Shown here: positions 57,045-64,000 of the stretch, piece by piece
How the letters are laid out: each line of letters begins with the position of its first letter
How positions within the stretch are numbered: position 1 is the first letter of the stretch
The notes under the pieces: model-generated
The model's input: only the letters and a program-made list of their open reading frames with translations
What the model was told of the DNA's origin: nothing
The model's database searches: none
Assembly (NCBI GenBank): GCA_021156105.1
Contig: JAJNBD010000002.1
Coordinates: 59,701 to 123,700, forward strand
Reading direction: 5' to 3'
DNA from: Gammaproteobacteria bacterium
GTDB taxonomy: Bacteria > Pseudomonadota > Gammaproteobacteria > CAISUE01
Length of the DNA: 64,000 bases
Made by a program: the position numbers and the translations under genes

Positions 57045-57126
57045 AGCCAAATTTCCTAGGGCAGACGAAACTAGCTAATGCGTTTACGACTTGCCCCATG
57101 ACGCTGACTTACAAGGAGAGATCAAT

Positions 57127-57837
57127 ATGTTAGATGAATATTTTACCTTGGTACGAGAGTCTTGGCAAAAAACTCATGGCGAAAAAGCATTGCTTTGGCA
57201 AGGTTATGGATTAGCTGCCTTCGTGTTTTCTGTTGCTGTTTTATTACCTATCGCAGCTTTATTAATTTATTTTAATTTTTCTTTTTCGCAGCCTTTATTT
57301 AGTGGGTTTTCAAATGCAGTTTTAACAATAACCCTGCTGACAGTAATTACTATTATTGGTATTTTATATAGTATGTTTTTGTTTGCGGCGATTCCTTATT
57401 TAAGCCTGCGTTATTTGCGCAACGACCCTTTAACTTTTTCACTAGCTGCAAGGAAAGCGCTTGTTCACAAATGGTCGCTTTTTATCAACTGGTTTTTGTT
57501 TGCTGCTATCTATGGATTTATTTATCGCTTTTTGAAAAGCGGCTTTGCTTGTGATCAATGTACTTTAATTGTTGCATGCTTGTTTACCATACTGCATATG
57601 ATTTTAGCTTTTGCCATTCTTGAAGTGCTGGATAAAAATGAAAGCGCTTTCACAGCTTTCATTAATGCATGGCAATTTTTCTTCAAAAATATTCTGTTCT
57701 GTCTTCTGGTTGCCATTTGGCTTTTATGCCTTTCGATTTTTTCGGTTGTGACATTATTTGTTGGCTCTATTTGGGCAGTTCCAGCAAAATATAATGCCAT
57801 AGCGCTTTTATATGACAGGGTTCGTAGCTCATGTTAA
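57127..57837 (+). CDS. orphan polytopic membrane protein
   Basis: AAGGAG Shine-Dalgarno plus the ATG at 57127 (MLDEYF...). About 6 TM segments. Its stop overlaps the mltG start. Confidence 0.6.
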   Translation: MLDEYFTLVRESWQKTHGEKALLWQGYGLAAFVFSVAVLLPIAALLIYFNFSFSQPLFSGFSNAVLTITLLTVITIIGILYSMFLFAAIPYLSLRYLRNDPLTFSLAARKALVHKWSLFINWFLFAAIYGFIYRFLKSGFACDQCTLIVACLFTILHMILAFAILEVLDKNESAFTAFINAWQFFFKNILFCLLVAIWLLCLSIFSVVTLFVGSIWAVPAKYNAIALLYDRVRSSC

Positions 57838-58889
57838 ACGCATACCGCGAAGTTTTACGTCGAGCGCAAATTATTGCCATTAGTGTATGTGTTTTTGGCT
57901 TTTTAATTTTTGTGGGCACTTTTTTAGCTTTTCTACGCACACCACTGGTTGATGAAGATGCCAAACCAGTGCGTTTTATTTTCCCAATGGGAAGTTCAAT
58001 TGTGCATTTGTCTAACCAATTGCATGCACTTGATTTGATTCATTATCCGCGTGGTTATGTGTTGTTGTTAGGGACTATTATGCGTGCCTCTGATCATCTT
58101 CATGCGGGCGAATATGAAATTGCACCCGGTGAAACACCTATTGTATTGTTACAAGATATGGTGGCAGGCCGTGTGATTTGGCGAGATTTTTTATTTGTCG
58201 AAGGTTGGACATTAAAACAATTACGTGATGCATTAGATAATAATATTTATCTTGAGCATAAGACTAAAGGATTAACTGAGGCACAGTTAGCAAAGCTATT
58301 AAAAATACCTAGTAAAAATTTAGAAGGTTTATTTTTTCCTGATACTTATCGTTTTACAGGTGGTATTCCTGATACACTTATTTTGCGCCAAGCTTCAGAA
58401 GCAATGCAAAAACATTTAAATAATGCCTGGGTAAGTCGCGAATCAGGATTGCCTTATAAAAGCAGTTACGAGGCTTTGATTGTGGCATCTTTAGTTGAGA
58501 AAGAAGCAGCGCTACCTTCTGATCGCCCCAGAATTGCTGGTGTCATTTTGAAGCGCTTATCGTTGGGTATGCCGTTACAAATTGATGCTTCTGTTATTTA
58601 TGGTTTGAAAGATGCGTATGATGGAAAATTAAAAATTTCTCAACTTAAAATTCCTTCACCTTATAATACATATCTAGAGAAAGGTTTGCCGCCAACGCCA
58701 ATTGCAATGCCAGGCTTAGCTTCCATTAATGCAGCTATGCATCCTATCATTAGCAAAGATTTATTTTATGTGGCAGACGGACATGGTGGGCATGTTTTTT
58801 CCGCAACGCTGAGTGGACAAAACCGTGCTGTTGCACAATATCGTAAAGTTGAAAAACATCATAAAGCTAAATCTACGCCACACGCATAG
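57831..58889 (+). CDS. mltG: endolytic murein transglycosylase MltG (YceG)
   Basis: N-terminal TM, then the YceG core: FPDTYRF, ASLVEKEA, MPLQIDASVIYG and SPYNTY. Confidence 0.92.
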   Translation: MLNAYREVLRRAQIIAISVCVFGFLIFVGTFLAFLRTPLVDEDAKPVRFIFPMGSSIVHLSNQLHALDLIHYPRGYVLLLGTIMRASDHLHAGEYEIAPGETPIVLLQDMVAGRVIWRDFLFVEGWTLKQLRDALDNNIYLEHKTKGLTEAQLAKLLKIPSKNLEGLFFPDTYRFTGGIPDTLILRQASEAMQKHLNNAWVSRESGLPYKSSYEALIVASLVEKEAALPSDRPRIAGVILKRLSLGMPLQIDASVIYGLKDAYDGKLKISQLKIPSPYNTYLEKGLPPTPIAMPGLASINAAMHPIISKDLFYVADGHGGHVFSATLSGQNRAVAQYRKVEKHHKAKSTPHA

Positions 58890-58909
58890 TAGCAAATTAA
58901 ATATCACCT

Positions 58910-59560
58910 ATGCTAAAAGATAATTATCAAAAACTATGTTGCCATATAGCCGAGTTATCCGTTCAATCACCTGTGCGCGAACCAGTAAAAATCCTTGCTG
59001 TCAGTAAATATGCTTCTGTCGAAGCGGTTCGTGAAATTGCGGCAGCAGGGCAAAAAGATTTTGGTGAAAACTATTGGCAGTCAGCTAAAGCCAAAATGCA
59101 AATGTTGGCAGATTTGCCACTGGTATGGCATTTTATTGGTAGCTTGCAGAGCAATAAATGTATGGAGATTGCCCAGTATTTTAGCTGGGTGCATAGTGTG
59201 GCAAAAACAAAACATGTTGCGTTACTAGCAAAAGCAAGAGAAAATTTACCGCCATTGCAAATTTGTTTGCAAGTAAATTTTAGTCATGATACTAGAAAAT
59301 ATGGCGTATTGCCTGAAGATGTTTTGATGCTCGCTAAAGAAGTATTGAAATATCCTTCATTAAATTTGCGAGGCTTGATGGTCCTGCCAAAGCCAGGTGA
59401 GACAAAAGATTTTATACAACTAGCAAAATTGCGTAATGAGATAGAGCAAAGTTTGGCAATAGAACTGCCAACGCTGTCGATGGGAATGAGTGACGATTAC
59501 GAAGTAGCTATTAAAGCAGGAGCCACGATTGTTCGCATTGGCTCAAAAATATTTAATTAA
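58910..59560 (+). CDS. yggS: PLP-binding protein YggS family
   Basis: AVSKY (PLP lysine), FGENYWQ, HFIGSLQSNK and LSMGMSDDYEVAI. Confidence 0.9.
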   Translation: MLKDNYQKLCCHIAELSVQSPVREPVKILAVSKYASVEAVREIAAAGQKDFGENYWQSAKAKMQMLADLPLVWHFIGSLQSNKCMEIAQYFSWVHSVAKTKHVALLAKARENLPPLQICLQVNFSHDTRKYGVLPEDVLMLAKEVLKYPSLNLRGLMVLPKPGETKDFIQLAKLRNEIEQSLAIELPTLSMGMSDDYEVAIKAGATIVRIGSKIFN

Positions 59561-59575
59561 CTAAGTGAAAAAAAA

Positions 59576-60193
59576 ATGAGCGGAATTTTTATTACTTTTG
59601 AAGGGATTGAAGGAGTTGGTAAATCGACTTTACAAAAAGGCTTAGCTGAAGCATTAGAGGCGCAAGGCTATAGCGTTCTGTTAACCCGTGAGCCAGGCGG
59701 AACAAAACTAGGTGAAAAATTACGCGCTGCCATTTTATCTAAAGAACAAGGGGCGGTCGCACCTGTGGCAGAGCTATTGATTATGTTTGCAGCACGTGCG
59801 CAACACGTTGAAGAATGCATTAAGCCAGCATTGGCGGCAGGGAAGGTTGTGCTGTGTGATCGTTTTACTGACACGACGCGCGCTTATCAATGTGGTGGTC
59901 GGGGCTTGCCCGATGCTTGGCTAGAGCAGTTAATTGAAATGACGCATTGTGGTTTGACGCCTGATATTAGCTTTTGGTTAGATTTGCCGGTCGATGAAGC
60001 ATTAGGCCGCGCCAAAAATCGTTCTGAAGCAGATCGCATAGAGCAGGAAACAAAAGATTTTTTTGAGCGAGCAAGAGAAGTATATCGAAATCTTGCTAGT
60101 GCTGAGCCTCAGCGCGTGATTCGTTTAGATGCGGCATCACTTCCTCAAGCATTAATCCAGCAAGCATTGGAAGTTTTTCGCCAAAGAGTTTAA
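59576..60193 (+). CDS. tmk: thymidylate kinase
   Basis: FITFEGIEGVGKST P-loop, TREPGGT and DRF. Confidence 0.95.
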   Translation: MSGIFITFEGIEGVGKSTLQKGLAEALEAQGYSVLLTREPGGTKLGEKLRAAILSKEQGAVAPVAELLIMFAARAQHVEECIKPALAAGKVVLCDRFTDTTRAYQCGGRGLPDAWLEQLIEMTHCGLTPDISFWLDLPVDEALGRAKNRSEADRIEQETKDFFERAREVYRNLASAEPQRVIRLDAASLPQALIQQALEVFRQRV

Positions 60194-60206
60194 ACAAAAA
60201 GCATTA

Positions 60207-61481
60207 CTAAGATTTTTGATCAAGTTCTTTTAAAAATTTTAGTTTTTCTTGAATTTGTTTTTCTAAGCCACGATCTGTTGGTTGGTAATATTTGCGTTCG
60301 GGCATATTTTCAGGAAAATATTTTTCTCCCGCGGCATAAGCATGTGGCTCATCATGCGCGTAGCGATATTCCTTACCATAGCCTAAATTTTTCATAAGCT
60401 TTGTTGGTGCGTTACGCAAGTATAAAGGAACTTCGGCGCTGCCATATTTAGGCAAGTCTTGCAAAGCCGCTTTATAAGCCATGTAAACAGCATTACTTTT
60501 CGCAGCACAAGCTAAATAAACGACGGCTTGCGCAAGCGCTAACTCTCCTTCAGGCGAGCCTAAGCGTTCATAAACATCAGCTGCATTTAACGCCAGAGTT
60601 AAAGCACGAGGATCGGCATTGCCAATATCTTCAGAAGCTGCACGTATGATGCGACGAGCGATATAGCGAGGGTCGCACCCGCCTTCGACCATGCGGCAGA
60701 ACCAATATAAGGCAGCGTCAGGATCAGAACCTCTAATCGATTTATGCAATGCGGAAATTAAATCATAAAAATATTCGCCTTGTTTATCAAAGCGAAACGT
60801 TGGTGTGCTGATAACTTCTTTTAATAATTCAGGAGTGACAGTTTCGCCTTCAGCAACGAGATCGCTGAGCATTTCCAATAAGTTTAAAAGCTTGCGAGCA
60901 TCGCCATCTGCAGCGGTTGCCAAATGTTTTTTCAAATCATCAGGAAAAATAAATTGTTTATGAGCTAATCCACGTGGATCTTGTAAAGCGCGATTAATGA
61001 CTGTGATTAAATCTTCAGTTGATAATGCTTTTAATACATAAAGACGCAGTCGTGACATTAAAGCATTATTTAATTCAAACGAAGGATTTTCAGTTGTGGC
61101 GCCAATTAAAATAAAGGTTCCGCTTTCGACATCAGGCAGTAAAGCATCTTGCTGAGATTTATTGAAACGATGAATTTCATCAATAAAAACGATGGTTTTT
61201 TTGCTAGCGGCAAGGTTTTGCTTCGCAACTTCAACCACTTGGCGGATTTCTTTCACGCCTGCTGTAACAGCGGAGAGTGTTATAAAGTCTGCTTCCGTAA
61301 GATTGGCAAATAACTTAGCAAGTGTCGTTTTCCCTACACCAGGAGGCCCCCAAAAAACCATGGAGTGTAAAGTACCTTGTTCGATCGATTGACGTAAGGC
61401 TTTTCCGGATCCTAGCAAATGCTTTTGGCCAATGAATTCATCAAGGTTTTGAGGGCGAAGCCGAGCGGCAAGAGGAGACAT
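60207..61481 (-). CDS. rarA: replication-associated recombination protein A (AAA+ ATPase)
   Basis: MSPLAARLRPQNLDEFIGQKHL, GPPGVGKTTLA, IDEIHRFNK, and the MgsA C-terminal domain. Confidence 0.95.
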   Translation of the reverse strand: MSPLAARLRPQNLDEFIGQKHLLGSGKALRQSIEQGTLHSMVFWGPPGVGKTTLAKLFANLTEADFITLSAVTAGVKEIRQVVEVAKQNLAASKKTIVFIDEIHRFNKSQQDALLPDVESGTFILIGATTENPSFELNNALMSRLRLYVLKALSTEDLITVINRALQDPRGLAHKQFIFPDDLKKHLATAADGDARKLLNLLEMLSDLVAEGETVTPELLKEVISTPTFRFDKQGEYFYDLISALHKSIRGSDPDAALYWFCRMVEGGCDPRYIARRIIRAASEDIGNADPRALTLALNAADVYERLGSPEGELALAQAVVYLACAAKSNAVYMAYKAALQDLPKYGSAEVPLYLRNAPTKLMKNLGYGKEYRYAHDEPHAYAAGEKYFPENMPERKYYQPTDRGLEKQIQEKLKFLKELDQKS

Positions 61482-61625
61482 ATCGAGTATTGATAAGGTT
61501 TTTTAAAATTATATGGACTATACGGCAAAATTGCAAAAAATTTGCCAAAAATCGCAATGCTTATGACTAGTATGGGCAATCTCACTGTGTGGAATACGGT
61601 TTTGCAAGATAACGATACGCTTTTT

Positions 61626-62314
61626 ATGCCCCATGACCATGCTTTTGGAGTGGCAATTATATTTGCCAAATTTTAGAAAACCACTGCAAGCAATATCCTC
61701 GTGCCAAAGGGTTGCCCCTGGTGTTTCCTTTAATTTTTTATAATGGGGAAAAACCTTATCTGTACTCTACAGATTTATTTTCATTATTTGGGAAAAACCG
61801 AGATATTGCTCAAAGCTGTTTATTAGGGCCTTATACCTTGATTAATTTGGCTAAGGTCCCTGATGACGAAATTAAGCGTCATCAGTGGGTAGGTTTAATG
61901 GAAATGGTTATGAAACATGCTAAAGTCAGAGATGTATTGGTTTTAGTGGAAGAAATTCTTAAAACCTTTATTGAGCCTATACTATTGCCAGCCCAGGCAG
62001 ATGACTATATTACCAGCATGTTATACTATACTTTAAATCAAACACAGAAGGGCAATGTTGGCGAAATTATAGAATTATTTCATAAGCATGCCTCTAAAGA
62101 GTTGGAGGGAAAAATGACAAGTTTAGCGCAGCAATTAGTTGATAAGGGTAGGCAGCAAGGCATTCAGGAAGGCTTGCAGCAGGGCAAGGCTAAGATTATT
62201 AGAGAGCTTGTCATGAAGCTGGGTGATAAACATAAAGTATCAGCTATCTTACAAATGAGTATTGAAGAGCTTGATCAATGCTTGCTAGAAGCCGAAAAAA
62301 CTTTACATCATTGA
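61626..62314 (+). pseudogene. Rpn-family (YhgA-like PD-(D/E)XK) recombination-promoting nuclease, internally deleted
   Basis: MPHDHAFGVAIIFAKF-stop (61626..61676) is an Rpn-type N-terminus. 61712..62314 starts at the mid-protein motif LPLVFPLIFYNGEKPY and runs through the QGIQEGLQQG C-terminal repeats. The nuclease core is missing. Confidence 0.65.
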
Positions 62315-62420
62315 GTTGAAACCATCTATCATTTTGAATAGGGTAATAAATATTTAGTATCTCGTGATGCTAAAGCTGTATGTGGTAATATTAAGTTAAC
62401 AAAATTTTAAAGGATAGGGA

Positions 62421-62960
62421 ATGAAAAAGATTTTCGTCATTATGAGTTTGTTTTTTTTAACAAACTTAATTAGCGCTTGCGCCAAGCAGCCGTTTTCTTC
62501 ACTTGATTGTTGTTCCCCACAGGATACCCCTAGCGTTACTCAAGAGCAGCTTAATGACTTTGCTGCACAAGGGGTGACTGTAATGCCTAAAGGCGATACA
62601 TTAAGGATCATCTTACCAACAGATAAATTTTTTAAGACCAATTTAGTCACGTTAAAAGATAACAAAAAAGTGGTGCTGGCTAATATCGCTCAACTCTTGA
62701 AAGGCTATGGTAATGCCAGTGTAAAAGTCATGGGTTACACAGACACTATTGGTAATCAAGAAGACAATAAAAATCTCAGCTTTGGGCGTGCTCAAGCTGT
62801 ATTGGCTTATTTATGGTCACAAGGTCTTGATGCAGAGCATTTATATTCTGTTGGTCTTGGTGGCAAGCAATTAGTTGCGGATCCAAATGATGTGCTTGCT
62901 AATGCAGCAAATCGACGTATTGAAATTTTAGTTCATGCTCATTGTACTCAGTGCTATTAG
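62421..62960 (+). CDS. OmpA-family peptidoglycan-binding lipoprotein
   Basis: Lipobox LISAC, then the OmpA-like domain GYTDTIGNQEDNKNLSFGRAQAV ... NRRIEILV. Confidence 0.85.
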   Translation: MKKIFVIMSLFFLTNLISACAKQPFSSLDCCSPQDTPSVTQEQLNDFAAQGVTVMPKGDTLRIILPTDKFFKTNLVTLKDNKKVVLANIAQLLKGYGNASVKVMGYTDTIGNQEDNKNLSFGRAQAVLAYLWSQGLDAEHLYSVGLGGKQLVADPNDVLANAANRRIEILVHAHCTQCY

Positions 62961-63017
62961 GCAAAATTTCTAAGTAAAAAATGCTAAGCGTTATGAACTT
63001 GAGGAAAAAGTCATTCT

Positions 63018-64000
63018 ATGGAATTAGAGGTTTATCAAGTCGGCGGTTCGGTGCGAGACACTCTATTGGGGCTACCAGTTGTCGATAAAGATTATGTGGT
63101 TGTTGGTGCTACTCCACAAGATATGCTTGCGCGTGGTTTCCGTCCTGTTGGAAAAGATTTTCCTGTTTTCTTACATCCTCGTACTAAAGAAGAATATGCT
63201 TTGGCACGGAAGGAGCGTAAAGTTGCCCTAGGTTATCATGGCTTTACTTTTGATACATCAAAAGAAGTGTCTCTTGAAGAAGATCTTGCGAGGCGAGATT
63301 TAACCATTAATGCCATGGCGCTAACGTCAGATGGGACATTAATTGACCCTTATGGCGGTTTGGCAGACCTTGAAAATCGTGTTTTGCGCCATGTTTCGCC
63401 TGCGTTTGTGGAAGATCCTATCCGTGTTCTTCGATTGGCACGTTTTGCTGCGCGCTTTAGGAAGTTGGGGTTTACGATTGCCCCAGAGACATTGGCTTTA
63501 GCTGAAGCATTGCGCCGTGCGGGTGAGCTCGATGCGCTCGTCCCTGAAAGAGTTTGGCAAGAAACTTGGAAAGCCTTGAGTGAAAATGATCCGGTCGAAT
63601 ACTTTAAAGTGCTACGTAAATGCGGTGCGCTTCCGGTTTTATTTCCAGAATTAGAAGCATTATTTGGCATTCCTACCTTGGTTCAAGATAAGCATTTTAT
63701 GGATAGCGGAACGCATGCCTTATTAGCATTGAGCAATGCTGCAAGCTTAAGCCCTCTACCTGAAGTACGTTTTGCCGCTTTAACGCATGCATTGGGAAAA
63801 GCGCTGAAGCTTCCAATCGCTTGGCCAGAGCACACGGGCTATGAAGAACATACGGAAGAACCACTTAATGCATTAGCTGAGCGCTATAAAATCCCACGGC
63901 ATGTGAAAGAGTTGGCTTTAGTTGTGGCGCACTACCATCCTCAATGGAATACAGCAGTGACCCCAGAAACTATTTTAGATTTTCTTGATACGTGTGATGC
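63018..64000 (+). CDS. cca: multifunctional CCA-adding tRNA nucleotidyltransferase (3' end outside the window)
   Basis: My own translation gives [68 protein letters not shown], close to E. coli Cca. The frame stays open to the window end. Confidence 0.93.
   Translation, partial: MELEVYQVGGSVRDTLLGLPVVDKDYVVVGATPQDMLARGFRPVGKDFPVFLHPRTKEEYALARKERKVALGYHGFTFDTSKEVSLEEDLARRDLTINAMALTSDGTLIDPYGGLADLENRVLRHVSPAFVEDPIRVLRLARFAARFRKLGFTIAPETLALAEALRRAGELDALVPERVWQETWKALSENDPVEYFKVLRKCGALPVLFPELEALFGIPTLVQDKHFMDSGTHALLALSNAASLSPLPEVRFAALTHALGKALKLPIAWPEHTGYEEHTEEPLNALAERYKIPRHVKELALVVAHYHPQWNTAVTPETILDFLDTCD

Noticed and set aside
63350-63670. 106-aa minus-strand ORF
   Set aside because: It is antisense to the clearly recognisable cca coding frame. 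Its Ala/Ser/Arg-rich composition is that of a shadow ORF.
1-64000. CRISPR arrays, rRNA and tRNA genes
   Set aside because: Reading both strands, I found no regularly spaced direct repeats, no rRNA-like conserved blocks and no tRNA cloverleaf signatures other than the tmRNA.

Overview
This is an AT-rich gammaproteobacterial chromosome segment. The many lineage-specific orphan proteins, an F-box-like gene and a recA with no SOS box suggest a Legionellales-like intracellular lineage, but that is inference only. About 60 protein genes are present, mostly housekeeping: recA, murI, pssA, a ZnuCB-type metal ABC importer, gatCAB, mutL, oxyR, pilD, rne, pyk, tsaE-amiB, an APC permease with ornithine cyclodeaminase, cutA-dsbD, hupB, grxC, the glycosylases mpg and mutM, dbpA, acpP-fabF, mltG-yggS-tmk, rarA and cca. 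The one RNA gene is tmRNA (ssrA, 53265..53674, minus strand). I saw no rRNA, tRNA or CRISPR array. The most interesting region is the variable patch at 49.0-55.4 kb around ssrA. An exact 24-bp copy of the tmRNA 3' end (50097..50120) marks an integrase-less islet. The islet carries an AbiEi/AbiEii abortive-infection pair whose toxin has an extra C-terminal WYL-like domain. The pair is bracketed by phased ATTGTCT/GATCCC box repeats and has a 32-bp palindromic operator candidate. Also in this patch are a decayed GIY-YIG gene, an internally deleted IS4-like element with intact inverted repeats, and a Gly/Ala/Cys-rich small protein. A second accessory patch (28.4-30.5 kb) holds a HAD-motif orphan protein and a 262-bp MITE with a 9-bp target duplication; the MITE ends resemble those of the IS remnant. 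Other notable items are a GC-rich triple-palindrome element inside the gatCAB operon, an F-box-like gene broken exactly at a T8 homopolymer, tandem orphan paralogs, a bacterial Coq4-motif protein and an Rpn-family nuclease pseudogene. All functional calls come from reading motifs by eye; no database search was possible.
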